Positions 9,531 to 19,605 of a stretch of DNA of 64,000 bases are shown here, piece after piece. The translations under genes and the position numbers were made by a program. Position 1 is the first letter of the stretch, and every line of letters starts with the position of its first letter. A model generated the notes under the pieces. The model had not been told where the DNA came from. It saw nothing but the letters and a program-made list of their open reading frames with translations, and did no database searches. The stretch spans positions 224,001-288,000 of the forward strand of contig CAWJTV010000042.1 in NCBI GenBank assembly GCA_963845755.1. Reading direction: 5' to 3'. Source of the stretch: an uncultured Planctomycetota bacterium (GTDB taxonomy: Bacteria > Planctomycetota > Planctomycetia > Isosphaerales > Isosphaeraceae).

Positions 9531-12500
9531 GCGAGGCGAGTTCCGGCTCCGATCTGGTCAACGATCTGGTCGAGGGATTCCTGGAGCGATACCGCCGGGG
9601 CGAACGGCCGCCGCTGACCGAATACACCGAGAAGTATCCTGCGCTTGCCGAGCGGATCCGCACCCTTTTCCCCGCGTTACTCCTCATGGAAGCGATCGGG
9701 CCCAGTGATGGCCTGGCGCCCCGACCCGTCGCGGGCCAGACCGACGCGGGAGCTCCGATGCCCCGACGCCTGGGGGATTACACCCTGCTCCGAACTGTTG
9801 GCTCCGGCGGCATGGGGATCGTCTATGAGGCGATTCAAGAATCCTTGGGCCGGCACGTGGCGCTGAAGGTCCTTCCTCTCCATCATCTGGCGGACCCCAC
9901 CCGGCTGGAGCGGTTCCGGCGTGAGGCCCGCGCCGCGGCCCGGATGCACCACACACACATCGTCCCGGTCCATGGGATCGGCGAGCACGACGGCCTCCAT
10001 TTCTACACGATGCAGTTCATCCGTGGACACGGATTGGACGCCGTGCTGCACGAAGTGAAGCGGTTGCGCCACGATGCGAGCGCGCCCGTCGCCGCGGAGG
10101 CACCGGACGGTCCGGTGAATCTGACTACGCTGGCGATTCAACTTCGCGCCGGTCACTTCCCGGCCGACAAGGCGAAGTCGAGCGAAGTGGGGGAGCCGGC
10201 CGAGGGTGCCCCGCCGTCGGATCCAGGCCGTGCGACGATAGCCGCCTCGACGCCGCTACCTCCGGCCGAATCCATCGATCGATCGGGCCTCTCCGACCAG
10301 CCCGAGTCCCAGTATGTCCACAGCGTGGCCCGGATCGGGGCCGATGTCGCGGACGGCCTGGAATACGCCCATCAACAAGGGATTCTGCACCGCGACATCA
10401 AGCCTTCCAACCTCCTGCTCGACGCGAAGGGTCAGGTCTGGGTCACCGACTTCGGGCTGGCCAAGGCTCAGGACAGCGACGAGCTGACGCGCACCGGCGA
10501 CATCGTCGGCACCTTGAAGTACATGGCGCCGGAACGCTTCAAAGGATGGTCCGACCCACGGAGCGACATTTACGCCCTAGGGGCGACCTTATACGAATTG
10601 TTGACGTTGCGGCCCGTGTTCGAGGAATCGGATCGGATCAAGTTGATCGAGCAGGTGCTCCACCAGAACCCGCCGCCGCTTCGCCAGCTCGACCGGAGGA
10701 TTCCGCGCGACCTCGAGACGATTGTCCTCAAGGCGTTGGCCAAGGAGCCGGGCGAGCGTTACTCGACAGCCCAGGCGTTGGCCGAGGACTTGCGTCGATT
10801 CGACGCGGGCCGGCCGATCCTGGCCCGCCGGTCCGGCGCGATCGAACGGTCATGGCGCTGGAGCCGGCGTAACCCGTTGCTGGCCGGAGCGACCGTCGCC
10901 GTGGCGACCGCGCTCCTGGCTGTGGTGGTGATCTCATTGAGATACGCAAGAGAGCAATCGAGGGCGAACCAGGACAACCGAAGTCTGGCGCGAGAGCTCG
11001 CGAAGTCGCTCGCCGAATCGAACCGTCTGCTGGCGATCCGCAACTTCGACCGCGGACAGGCGGCCTTCGAGAAGGATCAGATCGGCCAGGGACTGCTCTG
11101 GATGATCGAGAGCTGGCGGTTGGCGATCGCCGCGAATGAACCGGATTGGCAGCGCGCCGCGCGGGCCAACCTGGCCGCGTGGCGACCTCATCACGCTCGA
11201 CTCAAGGCGATCGTCTCCCACGATAGTCCCGTCGCCGCCGCGGCCTTCAGCCCCGATGGCAAGGCCGTCGTCTCGGGGTGCGACGATGGCACCGTGAGAC
11301 TCTGGGACACCGCCACGGGTAAGCCGATCGGCCCACCGATGCATCATCCCGCCTCGGTCTTCGCCGTGGCTTACAGCCCCGATGGCAAGACCGTGATCTC
11401 CGGCTACAGCGTCGGGACCGCGAGTCTCTGGGACGTCGCCACCGGCCAATCTCTGGGATCGCCCCTCCGGCATGAGGGCGCAGTGAGGGCTGTTGCCTAC
11501 AGTCCTGACGGGAGGACAATCCTCACGGCGAGTGCTGACAAGATGGCGCGACTCTGGAACGCCGCCACGTTGCTTCCCATCGGTCAGCCCTCCGTGCACG
11601 AGGATACCGTGACAGCGGTGGCTTTCTGCCCTGATGGAAAGACGTTTCTCACGGGGTGCGAAGACGTTTCGGCACGGTTCTGGGACGCCGTTACTGGAAA
11701 GCCCGTCGGGTTGCCGCTCCAACCTGGACCCGCGGTTGTCGCCGTGGGGAACAGCCTGGACGGAAAGCCCGCGGAAATTCCTTTCGAGCAAGTGGTCTTG
11801 AACAAGGTCTACGCGGTCGCGTACAGCCCCGATGGCAAGACGGTGTTTACCGGCTGCAAAGACGGAACCGTGCTGTCGTGGGACGCGGTGAACGGAAACC
11901 GCCTGGGCCAGCCCATGAAGCATCGATTCAAGATCAGGGCGGTGGCCATCAGCCCGGACGGCAAGCGGGTCTTGGTCGGGAGCGAGGACAAGATGGCTCG
12001 GCTCTGGGATGCGGCGACGCATCAACCGATCGGACTACCCCTCGTGCATCAGGGCCCGGTCGGTGCAGTGGCCTTCAGTCGCGACGGCAAGACCTTCCTC
12101 ACCGCCAGCAGCGATAAGACGGTGCGAGTCTGGGATGCCGATCCCGGCCGGCCCTTGGGGCTGGTCGCCGAGCTTTCCGACGTGGGCCACGCCGTGGCAT
12201 ACAGCCCCGATGGCAAATCCATCCTCACGGGGCACTTCAGCGGCATGGCAAGGCACTCGAACGCGACGAACGGCGAGATCATCGGGCAGGCCGTCCGCCA
12301 TCAAGGCCCCATCGTGTGCGTGGACTTCAGCCCCGACGGATCCCGGCTACTTACCGGCAGCTACGACAAGACGGCGCGGCTCTGGGACGCGGCCACCGGA
12401 AAACCCATTGGAACGGTGCTCCAGCAGGACGGTCCGGTCAGCGTGGTGAAATTCAGTCCCGATGGCAAGACGATCATGACCGCGGGCGAGGATCGCATGG

Positions 12501-13184
12501 TATGGCTCTGGGACGGGTCAACCGGCGACGCCCCTCGGCCGACCCATTCCACAACCCGGCACGGTCGATGCCGGGTGCTTCAGCCCCGATGGCAAGTCCT
12601 TCGTGACCGGCCACGACAATGGCTTGGTACAGGTGTGGGACCTGGCGACCCGGACGCCCCTCGACCAACCTCTCCTGCATCCCGGCTGCATCAGTGCGGC
12701 GGCGTTCAGTCCGGACGGCAAGACCCTCCTGACCGGCTGTGAGGATGGCGCGGCGCGGCTTTGGGACGTGGAAACACGGACACTTCGAACGGTTCCACTC
12801 CTTCACCAGGCATGGATCTGGGCCGTGGCTTTCAGCCCCGATGGAAAGATGGTCCTCACCGGGAGCCGGGACCGATCGGCGCGGCTCTGGGACGCGGCCA
12901 CCGGAATGCCCCTTGGCCCATCCCTCATCCATCCTCATGAAGTCATGAGCGTGGCCTTCAGCCCCGACGGCAATGGTTTCATGACCGGAGCCTACGATTA
13001 CCGGGCGCGACTCTACCGGAAAGTCCCGGAGCTCGCCGACGACCTGGACCGAGTTTCCGTCTGGGTGAAGGTTCTCACCGGGCTGACGCTCGATCCGGGC
13101 CAGGGCACGATTCGTGTGCTGAACAACGCCGCCTGGCTCGATCTCCGTGAACGGCTCGAGCAACTGGGTGGCCCACCCCAGTAG
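9527..13184 (+). CDS. Ser/Thr protein kinase with a TM helix and C-terminal WD40 repeats; apparent +1 frameshift near 12527
   Basis: GSGGMGIVY, VALK, HRDIKPSN, DFG and GTLKYMAPE motifs, then many AFSPDGK..LT...D..ARLWD repeats that continue in ORF 12603-13184. Confidence 0.92.
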
Positions 13185-13359
13185 ACCTCGAAGCGAGGCT
13201 CAACCAGGTGACATTCCAGGTCGCGCCTACGATGACTCAACCCGCTGGGCACGCGTCCTCTGCGGACATGCTTTATGTAACTCTGCCCTCGCAGGTTGAA
13301 TCCCGGGACCGGGCCTGAGTTGAGGAGGAGCCACTCGAATTCCCCGCCTCGTATCTCTC

Positions 13360-13474
13360 AGAGTCTGTCCCGGAAGGGCGAGCCGGGGGCGTCAGCCCCC
13401 TGTCTTCGAGGCTCACCGGACAGGGGGCTGACACCCCCCGCTCGCCCGGACCGGCCCCTTCTGGGACAGACTCT
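13360..13474. repeat. Nested REP-like palindrome (core GGGGCGTCAGCCCC family)
   Basis: Outer inverted repeat gagtctgtcccggaaggg / cccttctgggacagactc; inner gggcgagccgggggcgtcagccccctgtc / gacagggggctgacaccccccgctcgccc; lies between convergent genes. Confidence 0.8.
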
Positions 13475-14697
13475 CAGCGCCGCGTTTCGATCGCCTCCAG
13501 GTCCCGAACGGTGATCAGTCGCGCGCCGAGGTCCTGGTTGTAGTGCGTGACGCCGAAAACCTTCACCCGCTGGACTCCGAGCGAGGTGATGTCGATTCCG
13601 GGCGGGATGTCGAGGTAGGCGATCGTCGAGCCGTTCGAACCGATCAGGGCGTGGACCTTGCGGCCGTCGACCTCGCGTGAGGTCGGCTGGACGAAGCCGA
13701 TGGCATTGTAGGTCCGCGTGCGTGTGCGATCGGCCGCGGCCAACCGCTGCCGCGTCTGGGCAACCTGGCTGTCGCGTCGGCGACTGCTCGCCAGGGTGGC
13801 CTGAATCGTCCGCGCGGCTTGCGCGGCCTGCTCGTGCCGAGTCACGCGGGCGAGTCGGACGCGGAGGGCCTCTTCCACCTCGGAATTGTTCCCGGCCCGC
13901 TTGAGCACCGACTGATAGCCCGCCCGGACGCTCTCGAAACGCCACTGCTCGATCGGCTGGTTGACGACGATCGCGCGGTGCATCCCGTCGAACCGCTGGA
14001 TCTCGGCGCCGATGTCGGCCGGCAGGCCGGTGAGGGGGATCATCTCCGCGCCGGCACGATCGTCTTCGCCGACACGGTAAGTGGCCAGCCGCTCGGGGAC
14101 CGGTGGCGACGGCGGACTCGCCTCCCCGATGCCTTCGGAGCGGAGATAGCAGACGGCACTCTCGGGAGGTACGATAGCGAGCCAGACCGACGCAGAGGCC
14201 CCGCGGCCGATCGTCAACGGCGGCCGGTCGACCAGCCGGACCAGGGCCCCTCGGGGAAGCTGAACCCACGGCGGACCGGGGAGCCTGGCCTGGAGTTGTC
14301 CCGATCGCACCTCGGCGTCCTCGGCAATCACCCGGCCTTGTGTGGGGCGGCTCGTTCGCGATTCGCCCCCACCCTGCACATCACCGGAGTTCAGTGCCGA
14401 CCGCGCAACCCATCCGATCGCCAGCGGCGGCGGCTCGATCGCGACCCATCCCCCCGCCAGCACCCGCCGAAGCCTGATCCGGTCGCCTCGATTCAGAGTG
14501 CCCATCCGGTAGGACGTCTCATCCGCCTGGTCATAGACCTCCAGGCGCTCGACAACCACGAGCTTCACGTCCGGCAGATCATGACCGGAACCGACCGGAG
14601 CAGGCGCGTTCCGCGACGGACGTGCGGGACCCACCTGGCCGATTCCCGCCAGCGAGATTCCCAAGAGCACGACCAGGTGCAGTCCGCATGCGACCAT
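13474..14697 (-). CDS. Exported protein with SH3-like domains and a coiled-coil/OB-like C-terminus
   Basis: Signal-like N-terminus; two repeats of the form L.RGD.I.L....GW.AI.PP...(G)W(V), resembling bacterial SH3. Confidence 0.65.
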   Translation of the reverse strand: MVACGLHLVVLLGISLAGIGQVGPARPSRNAPAPVGSGHDLPDVKLVVVERLEVYDQADETSYRMGTLNRGDRIRLRRVLAGGWVAIEPPPLAIGWVARSALNSGDVQGGGESRTSRPTQGRVIAEDAEVRSGQLQARLPGPPWVQLPRGALVRLVDRPPLTIGRGASASVWLAIVPPESAVCYLRSEGIGEASPPSPPVPERLATYRVGEDDRAGAEMIPLTGLPADIGAEIQRFDGMHRAIVVNQPIEQWRFESVRAGYQSVLKRAGNNSEVEEALRVRLARVTRHEQAAQAARTIQATLASSRRRDSQVAQTRQRLAAADRTRTRTYNAIGFVQPTSREVDGRKVHALIGSNGSTIAYLDIPPGIDITSLGVQRVKVFGVTHYNQDLGARLITVRDLEAIETRR

Positions 14698-15033
14698 GCT
14701 CGACGCCGTCTCCAGGCCGGGTCGATCGGGCCTCGCCCCAGTCCTTACTTTCCAATCGATCGCCCGATCGCGTAAATCGACCCGATCTCCTGGCTCTTCA
14801 TCGACAAAATGAGTGTCGGTTGATATCGCGGATCGCTCGATTCGTCAAGGTCCACGGCCTTTCCTTTTGCAGGGAATCCCGGTAAGATGGTCTTTTTCCT
14901 CTGCCGAAGTGAAAGCCGGCGAGATGTCCCAAGTTGAAGCAGACATTGGAGTTGTGGGACAAAGCCGCGGCTTGTCTCGATGCGAAATCGAGTCCGGTTC
15001 CCGCGGCCTGGCCCATCCGGGAGCGATTGAAGG

Positions 15034-15354
15034 ATGTACGCCATTATTGAAGACGGCAGCCACCAGTTCCGGGTGCGCGAAGGAGATCGGATCCAGGTCG
15101 ATCGACGCGACGGGAAGGCCGGTGACGAGCTGATCTTCTCGAAAGTCCTCCTGCTTGCGGGCGGAGAGGGCGACGCGACCATCGGCACGCCCATCGTCGA
15201 AGGGGCCCGCGTCGTCGGCACGATCGTCAATCAGTTCAAATCGAAGAAGATCATCATCCAGAAGTTCCGGCGCCGGAAGAATATGCGGCGACGCAACGGA
15301 CATCGGCAACCGTACACAGTGGTCCAGATCACCAGTCTCGGGCTTCCGTCCTGA
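15034..15354 (+). CDS. rplU: 50S ribosomal protein L21
   Basis: MYAIIEDGSHQFRVREGD...KFRRRKNMRRRNGHRQPYT. Confidence 0.97.
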   Translation: MYAIIEDGSHQFRVREGDRIQVDRRDGKAGDELIFSKVLLLAGGEGDATIGTPIVEGARVVGTIVNQFKSKKIIIQKFRRRKNMRRRNGHRQPYTVVQITSLGLPS

Positions 15355-15394
15355 AGTCGTCCGTAGATTCGCTGATTTTCCCGAATTACCACAG

Positions 15395-15438
15395 CCGTAT
15401 CAACTTGCCGATCTTTACGGCATTGATACGGTTTTTTT
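15395..15438 (+). terminator. Intrinsic terminator after rplU
   Basis: Stems ccgtatcaa/ttgatacgg and tgccg/cggca, followed by T7. Confidence 0.7.
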
Positions 15439-15481
15439 ATTGAGAGACTGTTAGAATCTTCCTCTAAGCGTCTGTTCCCAA

Positions 15482-15526
15482 AGCCCCGGAGGGCGACCGC
15501 ACGTAGCCAGGGGCGTCAGCCCCTGG
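15482..15526. repeat. REP-like element (ccaggggcgtcagcccctgg)
   Basis: Short palindrome sharing the GGGGCGTCAGCCCC core with the copies at 13360-13474 and 42619-42682. Confidence 0.65.
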
Positions 15527-15847
15527 ACGAACTCAGTGCATGGGTCGGCGTGGAAAGTTAGGGGGGCCTCCATGAGGGTCCTGCTGTCCGACGCATCGAG
15601 GGTATCGGTCGGGGAGAATCCTCGTGTTCTGGACGGCTTTGCCGGGTCTCCCGCGGAATCTTCACAGTCGCGAGACTTGACCGGTGAAAATCCGATCCCG
15701 CCTCTGAGCGAGGAGCCGCCATGCGTTACACTCGACATGATGTATTGACGAAGCATCGCGACCCGGCAGCAACACCGGTCGATTCCGGAGAGTCAGGCCA
15801 GGCACGTCTCGGGCGATATCGGCTAGGTTCGTGGATTCCAGCACTCG

Positions 15848-15874
15848 CAAGATTCCTGTCCGCCGTGCCGATAA
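15848..15874 (+). promoter_or_regulatory. Possible sigma28-type promoter upstream of nrdJ
   Basis: CAAG-N15-GCCGATAA; the -10 matches the sigma28 consensus exactly, the -35 only 2/4. Confidence 0.35.
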
Positions 15875-16003
15875 CCGAAGTCGGGCACAAAATGCTCTGG
15901 GCGTCAGTACACCTATGGACTTTTGAATACAGATCGGCTACACCCAGGTGCTAGTGGGAATCTGGGTCGAGACCGGGGTTGGGCTGAGACGTGGAGGCGG
16001 GTC

Positions 16004-19000
16004 ATGGCGACGGTCGGTGAGCGGGCAACGAGCGTGTCGGCATCAGAGGCAGCGGACAGCAGGAGGAACGGCGTGCAGGACCGCGTGCGGGGGCGATCGG
16101 GGATGCATGTCCCGCGCGTCTTCAGCACGGACGGATCGAGCCCGTTCGACCAGGTCGAGTGGGACTTACGGACGGCCGAGATCAAGGATGAGAGCGGGCG
16201 CGCGATCTTCCAGCAGGTTGGCTGCGAGATCCCGCGGACCTGGAGCCAACTGGCGACCAACGTCGTCGTGAGCAAATACTTTTACGGCGACGTGGCCAGC
16301 GGCAACGGCAGTCCGTCGGAGGGGAAGCGGGAATATTCGGTCCGCCAGTTGGTCGACCGCGTGACCCGGACGATCGCCGACTGGGGGAAGGCCGACGGCT
16401 ACTTCGCGACCGACGAGGACGCCGATCGGTTCTACGACGAGCTGACGGCGCTCTGCCTCCATCAGTACGGCGCGTTCAACTCGCCGGTCTGGTTCAATGT
16501 GGGTTTATATCATCGCTACGGGATCTCCGGACCGGCCAACAACTTCCGCTGGGATGAGGAGACCCGCGCCATCTCCAAGGCGAACAGCGCCTACCAGTAC
16601 CCCCAGGCCTCGGCCTGCTTCATCCAGAGCGTCAGCGACGACATGGAAGGCATCATGCGGCTGGCGACCAGCGAGGCCATGCTCTTCAAGTTCGGCTCGG
16701 GGACCGGCACCGACCTCTCCAGCCTCCGCTCCAGCGCCGAGAAGCTCTCCGGCGGCGGCAAACCGTCGGGGCCGGTCAGCTTCATGCGCGTCTATGATTC
16801 CATCGCGAGCGTGATTAAATCCGGTGGTAAGACGCGCCGGGCCGCGAAGATGCAGACCCTCAAGTGCTGGCACCCCGACATCCTCGAGTTCATCGAGTGC
16901 AAGACCAACGAGGAGAAGAAGGCCCAATCGCTGATCCGCGCCGGCTACGAGGCCAACTTCAACGGCGAAGCCTACAGCTCCGTCCTCTTCCAGAACGCCA
17001 ATCTTTCGGTCCGATGCACCGACGCGTTCCTCCGCGCCGTCGAGACCCACGCGGACTGGACCACCCGCGCCGTCACCACCGGCCGGCCCATGGACACCTA
17101 CAAGGCGCGGATGCTCCTGGACAAGATCGCCGAAGGCACCTGGCTCTGCGGCGACCCCGGCGTCCAGTACGAAGACACCATCCAGCACTGGCATACCTGC
17201 CCGAATACCGCACCCATCAATTCGTCCAATCCCTGCTCGGAATACATGTTCATCGACGATTCCGCATGTAATTTAGCGTCGATCAATCTGATGAAGTTCC
17301 GGCGAGAGGACGGGAGTTTCGACGTGGAGCGGTTCCGGGCGGCGGCGCGGATCTACATCACGGCGCAGGAGATCCTGGTCGACCACGCGAGCTATCCGAC
17401 CGATCGGATCGCGGCCAACAGCCACAAGTTCCGCCCGCTGGGGCTGGGCTACGCGAATCTCGGCAGCCTGCTAATGTCCACCGGGCACCCCTACGATTCG
17501 GACCAGGGCCGGGCGCAGGCCGCCGCGATCACGGCGATCATGCACGGCCAGGCGTATCTGACCAGCGCCGAGCACGCGGCAAACGTGGGTGCCTTCGAGG
17601 GCTTCGCGGTCAACCGCGAGCCGATGCTCCACGTGATGGAGATGCACCGCGACGCCGCCGAGGCGATCGACCCCTCGGCGCCCGCCGAGCTGCTCGACGC
17701 CGCACGATCCGTGTGGGCCGAGTGCCTCGAGATGGGCCGCGCGCACGGCTACCGGAACAGCCAGGTCACGGTCCTGGCGCCGACCGGCACAATCGCCTTC
17801 ATGATGGATTGCGATACGACCGGAATCGAGCCCGACATTGCCCTGGTCAAGTACAAGCAACTGGCCGGTCGTGGGATGCTGAAGATCGTCAACCGGACGG
17901 TGCCGATGGCGTTGCGGGAATTGGGGTATGATGAGCCCGAGATTCGCGGGATCCTGGACTACATCGACGGACACGATACGATCGAGGGTGTCGCCGGACT
18001 GGAAGACGAGGACCTGGCCGTCTTCGACTGTGCGTTCGCGCCGCCGCAAGGGGGCCGGAGCATCCACTACCGGGGCCACTTGCGGATGATGGCCGCTGTG
18101 CAGCCGTTCATCTCGGGCGCGATCTCCAAGACCGTGAACATGCCCAACGAGGCGACCGTGGAGGAGATCCGGGACGCTTATCTCGAAGGTTGGCAGCTCG
18201 GGCTCAAGGCGCTGGCGATCTACCGCGACGGTTCCAAGGGGAGTCAACCCGTGAGCACGAAGGCCGAGTCGAAGGACGGCGCCGCCTTCAAGGACGAATC
18301 GAAGGCCGAAGGGGTTGTCGCGTCATTGCCGGCCGCGGAGGGAACGGTCAAGGTTTCGGCCCCGGCCCCGATCGTGCCAGTCGCGGTCCCGGCTCCGGCT
18401 CCCGCCCCGGCCATCCAACCACGTCGCGAGCGGCTGCCGCACACCCGGCGCAGCATCACGCACAAGTTCGACATCCAGGGTCACGAGGGCTATATCAACG
18501 TCGGCTTCTACCCCGACGGCCGGCCCGGCGAATTGTTCATCACGATGGCCAAGGAAGGTTCAACGATCGGCGGCCTGATGGACGTCCTGGGCACGGCGAT
18601 CTCGATCGGGCTGCAATACGGCGTGCCCCTGGAAGTCTTCGTCAACAAGTTCGCCCACAGCCGGTTCGAGCCGGCCGGCTTCACGAAGAACTCGGACATT
18701 CCGATCGCCAAGAGCATCGCCGATTACATCTTCCGATGGCTGGGCATGGAGTTCATTTCCGGCTACCGCGAGGCGAACGCACCCAAGCGGCCGACCTCCG
18801 AGGTCGAAGAGCGGGAGTCCGTTCCTTCCATGCCGCTCCTGAAGGTGAACGGTCACCGGACCGCGACGATCGCCGATCTCGAGCATGCCGAGGCCGTGAT
18901 GGGTACCTATCACCATCAGCCGGCCGAGCCGCTCGCCACGGGCGATCTGAGCGTGGACGACGGCCTCGGCGAGCAAGACCGCCAGTTCGCCCATTTCCAG

Positions 19001-19099
19001 AGCGATGCGCCCCCGTGCGACAACTGCGGGGCCCTGACCGTCCGTTGCGGCACCTGCTACCGTTGCTTCAACTGCGGCAACAGCATGGGATGCTCCTGA
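16004..19099 (+). CDS. nrdJ: Class II (adenosylcobalamin-dependent) ribonucleotide reductase
   Basis: GGAGG RBS; FNSPVWFN, SACFI, GGKTRRAAKM, SNPCSEY, ACNLAS, APTGTI and GAISKTVN motifs; C-terminal TSCPD-like domain and CxxC...CxxC. Confidence 0.96.
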   Translation: MATVGERATSVSASEAADSRRNGVQDRVRGRSGMHVPRVFSTDGSSPFDQVEWDLRTAEIKDESGRAIFQQVGCEIPRTWSQLATNVVVSKYFYGDVASGNGSPSEGKREYSVRQLVDRVTRTIADWGKADGYFATDEDADRFYDELTALCLHQYGAFNSPVWFNVGLYHRYGISGPANNFRWDEETRAISKANSAYQYPQASACFIQSVSDDMEGIMRLATSEAMLFKFGSGTGTDLSSLRSSAEKLSGGGKPSGPVSFMRVYDSIASVIKSGGKTRRAAKMQTLKCWHPDILEFIECKTNEEKKAQSLIRAGYEANFNGEAYSSVLFQNANLSVRCTDAFLRAVETHADWTTRAVTTGRPMDTYKARMLLDKIAEGTWLCGDPGVQYEDTIQHWHTCPNTAPINSSNPCSEYMFIDDSACNLASINLMKFRREDGSFDVERFRAAARIYITAQEILVDHASYPTDRIAANSHKFRPLGLGYANLGSLLMSTGHPYDSDQGRAQAAAITAIMHGQAYLTSAEHAANVGAFEGFAVNREPMLHVMEMHRDAAEAIDPSAPAELLDAARSVWAECLEMGRAHGYRNSQVTVLAPTGTIAFMMDCDTTGIEPDIALVKYKQLAGRGMLKIVNRTVPMALRELGYDEPEIRGILDYIDGHDTIEGVAGLEDEDLAVFDCAFAPPQGGRSIHYRGHLRMMAAVQPFISGAISKTVNMPNEATVEEIRDAYLEGWQLGLKALAIYRDGSKGSQPVSTKAESKDGAAFKDESKAEGVVASLPAAEGTVKVSAPAPIVPVAVPAPAPAPAIQPRRERLPHTRRSITHKFDIQGHEGYINVGFYPDGRPGELFITMAKEGSTIGGLMDVLGTAISIGLQYGVPLEVFVNKFAHSRFEPAGFTKNSDIPIAKSIADYIFRWLGMEFISGYREANAPKRPTSEVEERESVPSMPLLKVNGHRTATIADLEHAEAVMGTYHHQPAEPLATGDLSVDDGLGEQDRQFAHFQSDAPPCDNCGALTVRCGTCYRCFNCGNSMGCS

Positions 19100-19125
19100 G
19101 GCGGTCTTCGACCGAAATGAACGAG

Positions 19126-19250
19126 TCGAGATTCGAGATTCGAGATTCCGGAATCGTCCCCGCGGGAACCCGGAGTTGCGTACCTTGAATCCCGAATCTC
19201 GAATCCGGAATCTCGAATCCGGAATCTCGAATCCGGAATCTCGAATCTCG
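19126..19250. repeat. Inverted arrays of 7/14-bp microrepeats (GAGATTC / GAATCCGGAATCTC)
   Basis: (gagattc)x3 at 19128-19148 faces (gaatccggaatctc)x3 plus variants at 19187-19250. Confidence 0.85.
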
Positions 19251-19309
19251 CGGACTGCGCGGACAACCAAAGAAACCCTACCTGAAGGACGAGGCTAATC
19301 CCGGATTCC

Positions 19310-19464
19310 TCACCACCGAGTCACAGAGCACACAGAATAGACAGAAATACTTACGAATTCCGGTCTTCGGTCCGATCTTCCGAAGGACGAGCGATCCGGT
19401 GTGCACTCATGGGATCACGACGCGTCCTGGTCTTCTCCTATGAGCGGTTGTGACTCGGTGGTGA
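19310..19464. repeat. Element bounded by a perfect 16-bp inverted repeat
   Basis: tcaccaccgagtcaca (19310-19325) / tgtgactcggtggtga (19449-19464). Confidence 0.7.
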
Positions 19465-19605
19465 ATCGGTGCGATCACTCAGCTCACCGTAATCGAAAAG
19501 CGCCGGGAATGCCTGATCGAACCGCGGATGGAGCGGTATCATGGAGCGCGGGGTATCAGCCCCGAGTTCCGGACCGTTATCGAACCCGTGGAGGAGTCCG
19601 CTGCG

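Noticed and set aside
15670..15810. Cobalamin riboswitch-like fragments upstream of nrdJ (ccggtgaaaatccg, cccgc..ctg, gagtcagg)
   Set aside because: The AGGGAA before the stem, CCACTG, GGGAAG and a proper B12 box are missing, and NrdJ uses B12 rather than being a typical repressed target. An Rfam scan would settle it.
16004..19099. Intein or intron in nrdJ
   Set aside because: The ORF is continuous with normal motif spacing; no intein splice motifs or endonuclease insert seen.
19126..19250. CRISPR or iteron array
   Set aside because: Contiguous 7/14-bp microrepeats without spacers, and no rep gene nearby.
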